Origin: Bacillus subtilis subsp. subtilis str. 168
GTDB lineage: Bacteria > Bacillota > Bacilli > Bacillales > Bacillaceae
NCBI RefSeq assembly: GCF_000009045.1
Contig: NC_000964.3
Location: 1,426,001 to 1,490,000 of the forward strand
DNA: 64,000 bases
Direction of reading: 5' to 3'
Part shown: in pieces, positions 51,069 to 61,037 of the stretch
Layout of the letters: every line of letters begins with the position of its first letter
Numbering within the stretch: the first letter of the stretch is position 1
Position numbers and translations under genes: made by a program
The notes under the pieces: generated by a model
The model's input: only the letters and a program-made list of their open reading frames with translations
The model's database searches: none
Told to the model about the DNA's origin: nothing

Positions 51069-51929
51069 TTAATTTGTGCTTTTTAAGGTGAAGACAGTGA
51101 TTTCAGGCTTGGCAAGAAACCGCAAAGGCAGCCTGGTCATCCCGAGGCCTCGGTTTACGTAAATATGAGTGCTGCCCGTTTGATACATTCCCTCTGTGTA
51201 GACTTTTCCATATGGAGGCGTAATAATCGGTCCGTAAAAAGGCAGCTGAATCTGGCCGCCGTGTGTATGGCCGGAAAGCTGAAGGTTCACGGGATAATCT
51301 GTTGTTTTCAAGGCTGCATCAGGTTCATGGACGAGAAGAATGGAAAAAAGTCTGTCGCTCAGCCTTGAAAGGGTGCCTTCATAATCTGGGTTTCCCAGCA
51401 TTAAGTCATCAAGCGAAGCAATCTCGATTTTGCTGCCATCTGCGAGTGACAATGTTTGATAGCCATTGCGATATACCGTGAAACCTCCGGCCGTCATCAG
51501 GCTTTTGTAAACGGCAGTTCCATAGCCTCCGTGATCATGATTGCCGTAAATACAAAGCTTGCCGAAGGGAGCATTAAGCTTTCTCAATAATGGAATGACT
51601 GCCTGGTGGTGCTGGTACGTATCAGGATTATCAATAATATCACCTGTAAAAACAATGAGATCAGGTTTAGATTCATTAATTGTAAGAATGACAGTTTTTA
51701 AATCTTCGAGAGTAAAGTAATCACTCAAGTGTGCATCGCTGAACTGCACGATTTTAAAACCGTCAAATCCGTGCGGGATGAGAGAGCTTTTTATTGTGTG
51801 TTCGGTTGTCTCGATCATATGCGGCTCGAGATACCTGGCATAGCCATATCCCCCGCCGGCCGTTAAAGCCCCGGCAGCAAGAGCGCCGAACATTCCTTTT
51901 AGAAATTGTCTTCTGGACATCTTTTTCAT
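51069..51929 (-). CDS. ykuE: Tat-exported metallophosphoesterase
   Basis: SRRQFLK signal; SDAH, TGD, GNHD and GHTH motifs. Confidence 0.92.
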   Translation of the reverse strand: MKKMSRRQFLKGMFGALAAGALTAGGGYGYARYLEPHMIETTEHTIKSSLIPHGFDGFKIVQFSDAHLSDYFTLEDLKTVILTINESKPDLIVFTGDIIDNPDTYQHHQAVIPLLRKLNAPFGKLCIYGNHDHGGYGTAVYKSLMTAGGFTVYRNGYQTLSLADGSKIEIASLDDLMLGNPDYEGTLSRLSDRLFSILLVHEPDAALKTTDYPVNLQLSGHTHGGQIQLPFYGPIITPPYGKVYTEGMYQTGSTHIYVNRGLGMTRLPLRFLAKPEITVFTLKSTN

Positions 51930-52036
51930 TTCAAACCAACCTTTAATAGAGTTTTTCTATTATATCATCTGTATCTGATAAAAATCTCATATGAGCATGT
52001 GCTGACAGAGGCAGGGATATAATGATAGAATATTAT

Positions 52037-52054
52037 TGAATGAATAATCATTCA
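52037..52054 (+). promoter_or_regulatory. FadR box
   Basis: TGAATGAATAATCATTCA palindrome matches TGAATGANTANTCATTCA. Confidence 0.85.
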
Positions 52055-52071
52055 CAATTGGAGGGATAAAC

Positions 52072-52836
52072 ATGGAAAAAAAGGCGGTAATTATTACCGG
52101 CGGGTCAAGCGGCATGGGAAAAGCGATGGCAAAAAAACAGGCTGAATTAGGGTGGCACGTTATGGTGACAGGGAGGAACCATGAGGCACTTGAGGAAACA
52201 AAAAAAGAAATTCAGACCTTTGAGGGACAGGTCGCTTGTTTTCAAATGGATGTCCGTTCCGATTCCGCCGCTTCAGACATGATTAAAGAAGCGGTAAAAG
52301 CCTTTGGCCGGCTTGACGCGCTGATTAACAACGCGGCCGGAAACTTTATTTGTCCGGCAGAAAAGCTGACGCCCAATGGATGGAAAGCCGTTATTGAGAT
52401 TGTTTTAAACGGCACATTTTTTTGCAGCCAAGCAGCGGCAAGGCATTGGATTGACCAGAAGCAGCAGGGTGTCATTTTAAATATGGCAGCCACGTACGCT
52501 TGGGGAGCGGGAGCGGGGGTCGTTCATTCCGCTGCAGCCAAAGCGGGGGTATTGTCATTGACAAGAACGCTGGCCGTTGAATGGGGGAGCAAATACGGCA
52601 TTCGTACAAACGCGATAGCCCCCGGACCGATTGAACGAACAGGCGGTGCGGAGAAGCTATTTGAATCGGAAAAAGCGATGGCCCGCACGATGAACAGTGT
52701 GCCGCTCGGCCGATTGGGCACACCGGAGGAAATCGCCGCTTTGGCAGCGTTTTTGCTTTCTGATGAAGCATCCTATATAAACGGGGATTGTATCACAATG
52801 GACGGGGGGCAATGGCTGAATCCTTATCCGTTTTAA
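52072..52836 (+). CDS. fadH: 2,4-dienoyl-CoA reductase (SDR)
   Basis: TGGSSGMG, NNAAGNF, HSAAAKAG. Confidence 0.92.
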   Translation: MEKKAVIITGGSSGMGKAMAKKQAELGWHVMVTGRNHEALEETKKEIQTFEGQVACFQMDVRSDSAASDMIKEAVKAFGRLDALINNAAGNFICPAEKLTPNGWKAVIEIVLNGTFFCSQAAARHWIDQKQQGVILNMAATYAWGAGAGVVHSAAAKAGVLSLTRTLAVEWGSKYGIRTNAIAPGPIERTGGAEKLFESEKAMARTMNSVPLGRLGTPEEIAALAAFLLSDEASYINGDCITMDGGQWLNPYPF

Positions 52837-53136
52837 TCTGAATATTTATAAGTGAATATTTAAGTTATTAAGAACTTTTATGTTCGAATGTAATACCTCC
52901 ACAATTAACCTTCTTCCTATCCAATTTGATAACACATAGAGCTTTATTTGTTTATGAGGTGTTGTGTCATACGTAAGCCACCTAATATATGAAAGGTATA
53001 TTTTAAAAGGGGAGACGAAATATGAAGAACTTAGATTTCAAATAAAACATTCATATAATTACTTCGTTAACTAAAAAGAGAAATTATAAGAATGAAAGGT
53101 TTCAAGGTTACATCAGATTGGGAGGAAGGTAATATA

Positions 53137-54867
53137 ATGGACGAGATGGTATTATTAACTCAGGAATGGCTCAATGAAACGTACAAAGGAAAAAGTGGCT
53201 ACAATTCCATTGAGGAAAATGGGAAAACTGGCTGGAAAACAATGTATGCATTAACTAGAGCATTACAACTAGAATTGGGAATTACACAGACTTCCGACAG
53301 TTTTGGTCCTACAACTTTAAGAAAGCTTAAAGAATTAGGCCCGATTTCTACGTCAACTAATTCAAAAAAAAATATTGTGAAAATTATTCAAGGTGCTCTT
53401 TATTGTAAAGGTTATGGTCCAGGTGGATTAACGGGTACATTTGGTCAGGGAACGAAAGAGGCGATAGCAGAAATGCAATTGCATATGGGGCTTTCTAAAA
53501 CAGACGGTGTAGTAACGCCTAAGGTGTTTAAAGCTTTATTAAACATGGACTCTTATATCCTTTTAAATGGGGCGTCAGAGAAAGTTCGTTCAATACAGCA
53601 ATGGCTAAATAATAAATATTACAATAGAGAGAATTTCTACTTTATGCCCTGTGATGGCCTGTATTCAAGGGATACTCAAAAGTCTCTTGTTTATGCAATA
53701 CAGTACGAGGAAGGGTTAAGTGATAGTATAGCTAATGGGAATTTTGGACCAACTACTCAAAGATTGATTCCTGTATTAAGAATTGGAGAAACAGATGAAA
53801 AAAACAGTTTTATTCATTTATTTCAAGCTGCTCTAATCTTTAATGGCTACAATGTTCCTTTTGATGGAGTATACTCTGAATCTGTAAGATCAAAAGTAAA
53901 GGCTTTTCAGTCTTTTGCAAAATTACAACAGAGTGGTACTGCCGACTTTCAAACATGGGCTTCACTTCTAGTAAGTACTGGAGACCCCAATCGAAAAGGA
54001 GTTGCTTGTGACTCAATTACTCAAATTACATCGGACAGGGCGGAGTCCCTTAAGAGGGCAGGTTATAAGATTGTAGGGCGGTATCTAACAAATGCGCCGG
54101 GGAGTACACTAAATAAAAAAATACAACCAGGTGAATTAGAAACTATCTTAAAATCAGGTTTAAATGTTTTTCCGATTTATCAAACCTATGGGGGAGCAAC
54201 AAATTATTTTAATAAAGAACAAGGAAAGAAAGATGCGTTTGCTGCTTATAAAGCAGCAAAAGAATACGGGTTTAAAAATAACACTGTAATATACTTTGCA
54301 GTAGATTATGATGCATATGGTAACGATTTAAACAACAATATTATTCCACACTTCGAAGGTATAAATGAAATAATGAACGGTTTTTTAGGTTCAACTTACA
54401 AAATTGGTATTTATGCCCCTAGGAATGTATGTACTATAGTTTCTAAAAAAGGTTTAGCATTTGCAAGTTTTGTAAGTGGTATGTCTACTGGCTTTAGCGG
54501 AAACTTAGGATATCCTTTGCCTTACAATTGGGCGTTTGACCAAATTTCAACAATTACTGTTGGAAATGGTTCTGGAATGATTGAAATTGATAATGATATT
54601 TGTTCAGGTTTGGATAATGGAGTTAATACCATAAATATAGTGCCTTCAGAGAATAAGAAGTTTTTTGATCAAATTGATGTTTTATATGAAACTGCTGAAA
54701 AATATGCTCAAATGCAAAGCGACTTAAATAATGGGGTAAAAAAAACACAATTAGCTAATGAGTTGGTTGCCCAGTATTTAAGAAAGGATGACTACAAAGG
54801 GTGGAAGTGGGTCCCTACCGCAGGCCAGATTGATCCTATTTATCGTGAATGGGCAGTAAAGCGCTAG
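53137..54867 (+). CDS. fadG: peptidoglycan-binding repeats + DUF1906-like glycoside hydrolase domain (truncated by frameshift)
   Basis: RBS GGAGG; repeated DGxxGxxT PG-binding units; GRYL, PIYQ, IYFAVDYD and GIY motifs (ykuG). Confidence 0.75.
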   Translation: MDEMVLLTQEWLNETYKGKSGYNSIEENGKTGWKTMYALTRALQLELGITQTSDSFGPTTLRKLKELGPISTSTNSKKNIVKIIQGALYCKGYGPGGLTGTFGQGTKEAIAEMQLHMGLSKTDGVVTPKVFKALLNMDSYILLNGASEKVRSIQQWLNNKYYNRENFYFMPCDGLYSRDTQKSLVYAIQYEEGLSDSIANGNFGPTTQRLIPVLRIGETDEKNSFIHLFQAALIFNGYNVPFDGVYSESVRSKVKAFQSFAKLQQSGTADFQTWASLLVSTGDPNRKGVACDSITQITSDRAESLKRAGYKIVGRYLTNAPGSTLNKKIQPGELETILKSGLNVFPIYQTYGGATNYFNKEQGKKDAFAAYKAAKEYGFKNNTVIYFAVDYDAYGNDLNNNIIPHFEGINEIMNGFLGSTYKIGIYAPRNVCTIVSKKGLAFASFVSGMSTGFSGNLGYPLPYNWAFDQISTITVGNGSGMIEIDNDICSGLDNGVNTINIVPSENKKFFDQIDVLYETAEKYAQMQSDLNNGVKKTQLANELVAQYLRKDDYKGWKWVPTAGQIDPIYREWAVKR

Positions 54868-55451
54868 GGGAAGACCTAGTAAATGGAATTGTTGATCCTA
54901 TATCAAAAACTGTCATAGGAACGCAGCATCTTATGGCAACTTATAATGCCATTATTTATAGTGGTGGTTACTCTCAAACACTACGAGATTTTGCTGGTTG
55001 GACTGGAGATCTATTAACAACAATACAGGACATGAAATTACACGCTCAAGAATTTAATTCGCCTTATGATGCGGCTATGAAAATAATAGGTAATATGTAT
55101 CAATTTAGCCTAGATGATTTATTTAGTGATGTAGATGCAATTAATCTAGCGAATAAAACATCAGTTGGTGCTAATGCACAACCTCTAAATATCGCAATTA
55201 GAGATTATTATAGTAATAATGACTGTATGAATAGGTTCACTCAATTTGTAAATAATAGATTTGATGGTTCGTTAGACAAAATTTTCTCTGAAGCAGAGTA
55301 TTATTTAAATACAAACCTTGACCCAGTTGTTGTTCCAATTAGGTTAGCCTTTAAACGTGCTTTTGATGTTGAGGATTATAGTGAAGAGATTGGAAAAATA
55401 ACAGCACAAGCATTTAGAGATGTTATCGAGAAAAAAATGATATCTGAATAA
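54864..55451 (+). pseudogene. ykzU: C-terminal continuation of ykuG in the -1 frame
   Basis: Frame overlaps the ykuG stop (AAG CGC TAG versus GCG CTA GGG); no clear RBS; contains QHLMAT...GWTGDL. Confidence 0.65.
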
Positions 55452-55456
55452 ACTGC

Positions 55457-55495
55457 AAAACAAGCGAACGTTAAAACTGGTCGTTCGCTTGTTTT
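55457..55495. terminator. bidirectional terminator between ykzU and ykuH
   Basis: AAAACAAGCGAACG...CGTTCGCTTGTTTT 14-bp inverted repeat. Confidence 0.85.
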
Positions 55496-55546
55496 ATTTT
55501 CTATTTAAATTTATGATATAATTTTTAAAGATTAAGGAGTGATTCA

Positions 55547-56095
55547 TTGAAGAAATTGTTAAAAAAGTTAGTTGTATTATTTTTAAGCAGTTTAGTTATC
55601 ATCTTTAATGTTTGGTACTTTATTATTTGTGCTTTTTCCCCAGAGTATTATCAAAATACAAATCTTACTTCTAATGAAATAATAAGATTTGAAAAACTAT
55701 ACCACATAGATTTTCCTGATGAAACAAAATTTATTAAAGCTAGAGAGTATTTGGCTGGGCCCGGAGGAGATACGTCAGCTGTATTATATGTGTCTCTGCC
55801 AACCAAGCGGGTAGAAAAAGTTTTATCTGATTACACGTATATGAAAATAAACTATACTGACAATGTCGGTTCAATGTATGGAGTTGACGTTTCAAAGAGT
55901 GTCGCCGGTTTAACAACTCTTACATTTGGCACTTACGATAAAAAAGGAACTTTCTATAATATGAAACATGATGATGATTGGATGTATAAAGGCACTGACT
56001 GGAATCTTTACTTTTGGACAGCTGCTAGTTATAATGCTGTTATTTTTGTATTTGTTTTGGTTATTGTGAAACAAATGAATAAAATTCTTAATTAA
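55547..56095 (+). CDS. ykuH: membrane protein (N- and C-terminal TM, probable extracellular domain), unknown function
   Basis: RBS AAGGAG, TTG start; extended -10 TGaTATAAT at 55514-55522. Confidence 0.8.
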   Translation: MKKLLKKLVVLFLSSLVIIFNVWYFIICAFSPEYYQNTNLTSNEIIRFEKLYHIDFPDETKFIKAREYLAGPGGDTSAVLYVSLPTKRVEKVLSDYTYMKINYTDNVGSMYGVDVSKSVAGLTTLTFGTYDKKGTFYNMKHDDDWMYKGTDWNLYFWTAASYNAVIFVFVLVIVKQMNKILN

Positions 56096-56247
56096 CCAGT
56101 ATGTAGATTGATAATCTCAAAAAAATTTTCCTCTTCTTTTAACATACTCCATACGACCTACTTTTCCATACTATGATTTTTTTGAAATTTGTGGTGTAGT
56201 TATAATTGTGCGTATAATCAGACAAAGATAGAGAAGCAGGTGATAAC

Positions 56248-57471
56248 ATGTTGGATCCACTTGATATTTTAACGAACATTGATGATGTCCTTCCATATTA
56301 CCAGGCGATTTTTAGTGCCGAGGAGCAGAAGGTTGTCGGATATGAGGTGCTTGGACGAATTTTGGCAGATTCAGAAATCCAAAGTCTCGGGCCCTTCTTT
56401 TTAGATGCGGGGATACCCGAAGAATATAAATTAGAGGTTGATAACAGAATTATCCGCCAGGCTCTTGACCGCTTTTTAGAGGCGGATTCTGATCTGCTGA
56501 TTTTTATGAATCAGGATGCCAATCTGCTGATGCTGGATCATGGTGAAAGCTTTCTGGAGCTTCTGAAAGAATATGAAGCGAAGGGAATCGAACTCCACCG
56601 TTTTGTGCTTGAAATTACAGAGCACAATTTTGAAGGGGATATTGAGCAGCTCTACCATATGCTTGCATACTATCGTACATACGGAATTAAAATCGCAGTT
56701 GACAACATCGGAAAAGAAAGCAGCAACTTGGACAGAATCGCGCTGCTCTCACCAGATCTGTTAAAAATCGATTTGCAGGCGCTGAAAGTGTCACAGCCGT
56801 CACCGTCATATGAGCATGTGCTGTACAGCATATCTTTATTAGCAAGAAAAATCGGTGCGGCGCTGCTGTATGAAGACATTGAGGCGAACTTCCAGCTTCA
56901 GTACGCCTGGAGAAACGGAGGCCGCTATTTTCAGGGCTATTACTTAGTGTCTCCATCTGAAACGTTTCTAGAGAGAGATGTATTGAAACAAAGACTTAAA
57001 ACTGAATTTCACCAATTTATCACACATGAGAAAAAGAAACTGGAGACCGTCTATGAGCACTCTGAACAGTTTTACAAACGAGTGCATCAGGCTGTGACCT
57101 CTTTGAGAAAAAACAATCTGTCTTCTGATGATGACTTTATTAAAAAGCTGGCGGAAGAGCTGACAGATTGCAGCTTCAGGATTTACATGTGTGATGAAGA
57201 AGGCGATCAGCTGACGGGAAATGTGTTTAAGCAAGATGGAGAATGGATTTATCAGCCGGAATATGCGGAAAAGAACTGGAGCTGGCGCCCTTATTTTCTG
57301 GAGAACATTATGAGAATGAGAAATCTCAGAAAAGGTTTTTTCAGTGATCTGTACAGTGATTTGGAAACAGGTGAAATGATCAGAACGTTTTCATATCCGA
57401 TGGATGATCAGATGTATTTATTTATAGACTTGCCTTATTCTTATTTATATGAGCAGGACGGACTGATTTAA
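56248..57471 (+). CDS. ykuI: EAL-domain c-di-GMP-binding protein
   Basis: GYEVLGR, LEITEH, IAVDNIG, FQGY; C-terminal PAS/Cache-like domain. Confidence 0.92.
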   Translation: MLDPLDILTNIDDVLPYYQAIFSAEEQKVVGYEVLGRILADSEIQSLGPFFLDAGIPEEYKLEVDNRIIRQALDRFLEADSDLLIFMNQDANLLMLDHGESFLELLKEYEAKGIELHRFVLEITEHNFEGDIEQLYHMLAYYRTYGIKIAVDNIGKESSNLDRIALLSPDLLKIDLQALKVSQPSPSYEHVLYSISLLARKIGAALLYEDIEANFQLQYAWRNGGRYFQGYYLVSPSETFLERDVLKQRLKTEFHQFITHEKKKLETVYEHSEQFYKRVHQAVTSLRKNNLSSDDDFIKKLAEELTDCSFRIYMCDEEGDQLTGNVFKQDGEWIYQPEYAEKNWSWRPYFLENIMRMRNLRKGFFSDLYSDLETGEMIRTFSYPMDDQMYLFIDLPYSYLYEQDGLI

Positions 57472-57521
57472 CGGCTGAAAGGCCGTTTTTTTTATGAAAT
57501 GAAAAAAATATCAAAAAACGA

Positions 57522-57550
57522 TTGACATTGATACTGAGAATCATTATCAT
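57522..57550 (+). promoter_or_regulatory. Fur-repressed sigma-A promoter of fsrA
   Basis: TTGACA-17-TATCAT overlapped by GATACTGAGAATCATTATC (17/19 to the Fur box). Confidence 0.88.
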
Positions 57551-57556
57551 TTAATT

Positions 57557-57643
57557 ATAGAGAGAAGCTACTCTCTGTTCCCCAACCCCTCTATCAGATC
57601 AAGATCCGAAAAAACTTGGCGCTACCCCCGCCAAGTTTTTTAT
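57557..57643 (+). ncRNA. fsrA: FsrA iron-sparing sRNA
   Basis: C-rich motifs (TTCCCCAACCCC, CTACCCCC), terminator AACTTGGCG...CGCCAAGTT + T-tract, Fur box. Confidence 0.88.
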
Positions 57644-58116
57644 TTGTCAAAGCATAGGACAATCCAATGAAACAATAAACCTAACTAGTGGTAAACGTTT
57701 AACACGGGGAGAAACATTGAGTGCCGAACACCCCTGACACTGCTGCACGGGTGAGGAGGAAAATTCGTTCTGAAATGATTATTTCAGTTCCGTTGTTTAC
57801 CTCTATCCAGCATGACTCCCATTGATTATGGCCACGCGGGACTTCACCATAAAATTCAAAAGAAGGTTTTGACAAAGTTGCAAAAAGGCATTCTTAATGC
57901 TGCCAAAGATTCGAAAAAAATTATAATTATGTGCATGACATTCAAAAAAAGCCTCAAACTAAAGAAAAATAGTTTTTTTCACTTTTTTTCTTTGCTTAAA
58001 TTCAGCAGTGAAAATGCCATCCTGTCCGACTTTATGGTATGATGCTCAATAGAACTTGTATTATAATAAATACTTGTTGATTTGAAGTTGCTTTTTGAAA
58101 GGAGTCTTTTTTTAGA

Positions 58117-58356
58117 ATGTCACAATTAATGGGTATCATCACACGGCTGCAAAGTCTGCAAGAAACAGCGGAAGCGGCTAACGAGCCAATGCAGCGTTAT
58201 TTCGAAGTGAATGGTGAGAAAATATGCAGTGTTAAATATTTCGAAAAAAATCAAACGTTTGAACTGACGGTTTTCCAAAAGGGTGAAAAACCTAACACAT
58301 ATCCGTTTGATAATATCGACATGGTTTCCATCGAAATCTTTGAACTTCTTCAGTAA
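58117..58356 (+). CDS. ykuJ: YkuJ/DUF1797 family protein
   Basis: RBS AAAGGAG; FDNIDMVSIEIFELL. Confidence 0.85.
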   Translation: MSQLMGIITRLQSLQETAEAANEPMQRYFEVNGEKICSVKYFEKNQTFELTVFQKGEKPNTYPFDNIDMVSIEIFELLQ

Positions 58357-58465
58357 GATTCCTGAAATAGGGGGAACAAGCTTCCGCCTTTGCAAAAGTA
58401 ATCGAAATAAACGGTAAGGAACATACTTGTTTCATGGTTGTAAATCCTTGAAAAGGAGTGTCGTG

Positions 58466-58984
58466 ATGGCTGATTCTTTTCTGTTTTATAATCTTTCAGA
58501 AGCACAGATGACCTTTCAAGATGTGATGGAACGGCTTAAAGCCTTTGTTCAAAAGGACCCCCGTTCTTCTTATGTGTTATCGATCGGAACCGATTCACAG
58601 GTTTACCGCGATTACACAAAGTTTATTACCGCATTGCATTTGCATCGTACAGGCAAGGGAGCTTGGGGCTGCTTGAAAAATCATACAGTCGACAGACCCA
58701 TACATAGCCTTCGGGAGAAGATTTCGTTAGAAACGGCGTACAGCCAAGAAACGGCCGCTCATATTCTTGATGGACACTTAATGGATATTACCGATCTGCT
58801 CCTGCCCTTTACCGGTGAGGGGGCGGATCTTACCTTTGAAGTTCACTTGGATATTGGGAAAAAAGGGCTTACAAAAGATCTGATCCAAGAAATGACTGGA
58901 CGTATTACCTCCATGGGGATTGAGGCCAAAATAAAGCCGGATTCATACACTGCCTTCAGCTATGCAAATCGTTTCACAAAATAA
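58466..58984 (+). CDS. ykuK: RNase H-like fold protein
   Basis: IGTDSQ, ETAYS, EVHLDIG and KPDS acidic motif pattern. Confidence 0.8.
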   Translation: MADSFLFYNLSEAQMTFQDVMERLKAFVQKDPRSSYVLSIGTDSQVYRDYTKFITALHLHRTGKGAWGCLKNHTVDRPIHSLREKISLETAYSQETAAHILDGHLMDITDLLLPFTGEGADLTFEVHLDIGKKGLTKDLIQEMTGRITSMGIEAKIKPDSYTAFSYANRFTK

Positions 58985-59008
58985 TTTGGCTGAAAAAGCC
59001 AAGGTAAA

Positions 59009-59015
59009 TGTCGAA
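59009..59015 (+). promoter_or_regulatory. Spo0A box upstream of abbA
   Basis: TGTCGAA; a reverse copy lies at 59374-59380. Confidence 0.6.
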
Positions 59016-59117
59016 TTATGCGGTTGACGTTTGTTATCTGATTACTTATTCTAGCGGTAGAGCTGAAAGTAAGTTGTCTTGCTTTCAGAGGTATTCAGTA
59101 TAAAACAGGGGGCCTGA

Positions 59118-59315
59118 TTGCGAATGAGTCTTATCGGTGAACGATTTACAGAAGAAGAACAAAAACTTCTGCTGAATATCCTGATCAACCATGAGTATGC
59201 CATCGAGCTATTAAGCAGTGAGATCAACGATATAGAGACAGGGACCAAAAACGTTGACGGAACCACCTACAAAAAACTTGTAACGCTATACGACCGATTT
59301 CGATTTGAAAATTAA
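59118..59315 (+). CDS. abbA: anti-AbrB antirepressor
   Basis: Recognised sequence (RFTEEEQKLLL...YAIELLSSEI); TTG start. Confidence 0.88.
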   Translation: MRMSLIGERFTEEEQKLLLNILINHEYAIELLSSEINDIETGTKNVDGTTYKKLVTLYDRFRFEN

Positions 59316-59452
59316 TGGGACACCCTATAATTGATACTCCACAAAGAGTATCTTTTTTATTGAAAGGAAACTTTTCGACAAATACTGATAAAGTTTATAT
59401 TATTGCAATATAGGGAATGTATTGATGATGAAAATGAAAAGGGGTCGAAAAC

Positions 59453-59896
59453 ATGATAAGCTTACAATCAGATCAACTTCTTGAGGCAACAGTCGGACAA
59501 TTTATGATTGAGGCGGACAAAGTAGCGCACGTGCAAGTCGGAAATAACCTTGAGCATGCATTATTAGTATTGACAAAAACCGGATACACAGCCATCCCGG
59601 TTCTGGATCCTTCCTACCGTTTACATGGCTTAATCGGGACAAATATGATCATGAACAGTATTTTTGGACTTGAGCGAATTGAGTTTGAAAAGCTTGACCA
59701 AATCACTGTTGAGGAAGTCATGCTGACCGACATTCCGCGCCTTCATATCAATGATCCGATTATGAAGGGATTCGGCATGGTCATTAATAACGGATTTGTC
59801 TGTGTTGAAAATGACGAGCAGGTATTTGAAGGGATTTTTACGAGAAGAGTCGTTTTAAAGGAATTGAATAAGCATATACGCTCATTGAATAAGTAG
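59453..59896 (+). CDS. darB: tandem-CBS c-di-AMP receptor (YkuL)
   Basis: GYTAIPVLD and GIFTRR CBS motifs. Confidence 0.9.
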   Translation: MISLQSDQLLEATVGQFMIEADKVAHVQVGNNLEHALLVLTKTGYTAIPVLDPSYRLHGLIGTNMIMNSIFGLERIEFEKLDQITVEEVMLTDIPRLHINDPIMKGFGMVINNGFVCVENDEQVFEGIFTRRVVLKELNKHIRSLNK

Positions 59897-60044
59897 GCTG
59901 TACGGTCCTATTTTTATTATATAGGCAGAGTGAAAAAAGAAAGCGCATACATAATTTAAACGAGAATAGGGCTTGAATAAGAAACTAAGATTTTATTAGA
60001 ATGGGAGATAAGAAAAACTTATTGATAACAAAAAGGAGGACGAC

Positions 60045-60926
60045 ATGCAGCTTCAAGAGCTTCATATGCTCGTAGTTTTAGCTGAGGAATTAAATATGAG
60101 AAAGGCGGCAGAACGGCTTTTTGTATCTCAGCCGGCTTTATCTCAGCGCTTACAAACCATTGAAAAGGCGTGGGGAACAAAAATCTTTTTAAGATCTCAA
60201 AAAGGATTAACGGTAACGCCCGCCGGTGAGAAAATCATTCAGTTTGCGAATGATGTGACATTAGAGCAGGAAAGAATAAGAGAAAATATTGACGAGCTTG
60301 AAGGTGAAATTCACGGCACATTGAAGCTTGCCGTCGCCTCCATAATCGGTCAGCATTGGCTCCCTAAAGTCCTGAAGACGTATGTGGAAAAGTATCCGAA
60401 TGCAAAGATCTCGCTCATAACCGGGTGGAGCAGCGAAATGCTGAAAAGCTTGTATGAGGATCAGGTTCATATCGGCATTATAAGAGGCAACCCTGAGTGG
60501 AAGGGGCGCAAAGATTACTTAATGACAGATCATCTGTATTTAGTGGATACTGAAATTTCCTGCATCGAAGATATTGCCCATACAGAACGTCCGTTTATCC
60601 AGTTTAAAAGTGACAGCACTTATTTTCAGGAAATTCAGCACTGGTGGCATCAAAAATTTAAAACGTCGCCGAAACAGACGATATTGGTTGATCAGATTGA
60701 AACGTGCAAACAGATGGCGCTGCACGGAATCGGTTATGCCATTTTGCCGTCTGTTACCCTTCAAAATGAAGATAAAGTGAATAAAATGCCTCTTTTAGAC
60801 ATGAAAGGGCATCCGATCGGTCGGGATACATGGTTATTAGGTTATGAGCCTGCCTTTGAACTGAAACAAGTTCAAGCTTTTGTACAAGTGATAAAGGATA
60901 TGCTGGATCAGGAAAATCCATTTTAA
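60045..60926 (+). CDS. ccpC: LysR-family citrate-responsive regulator
   Basis: AAERLFVSQPALSQRLQ HTH. Confidence 0.92.
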   Translation: MQLQELHMLVVLAEELNMRKAAERLFVSQPALSQRLQTIEKAWGTKIFLRSQKGLTVTPAGEKIIQFANDVTLEQERIRENIDELEGEIHGTLKLAVASIIGQHWLPKVLKTYVEKYPNAKISLITGWSSEMLKSLYEDQVHIGIIRGNPEWKGRKDYLMTDHLYLVDTEISCIEDIAHTERPFIQFKSDSTYFQEIQHWWHQKFKTSPKQTILVDQIETCKQMALHGIGYAILPSVTLQNEDKVNKMPLLDMKGHPIGRDTWLLGYEPAFELKQVQAFVQVIKDMLDQENPF

Positions 60927-60963
60927 AGACAGCGAGGTGCTGTCTTTTTTTTATTTATCTGTT

Positions 60964-61019
60964 GACAATGAAAATCATTATCATTTAAAGTGATACATAT
61001 GATATTGAAAATCATTATC
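60964..61019 (+). promoter_or_regulatory. two Fur boxes upstream of ykuNOP
   Basis: GACAATGAAAATCATTATC (60964-82) and GATATTGAAAATCATTATC (61001-19), each 17/19. Confidence 0.88.
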
Positions 61020-61037
61020 AACTAATGGGGTGATAAC

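Noticed and set aside
53022-53045. GGGGAG RBS followed by MKNLDFK*
   Set aside because: Only 7 codons; cannot distinguish a relic from chance.
57690-58042. GAGGAGG, a 16-codon and a 76-codon ORF, and near-palindrome TGGTAAACGTTTAACA upstream of ykuJ
   Set aside because: The SD is too far from any start, the ORF composition looks like promoter DNA, and the palindrome spacing does not fit a cre site.
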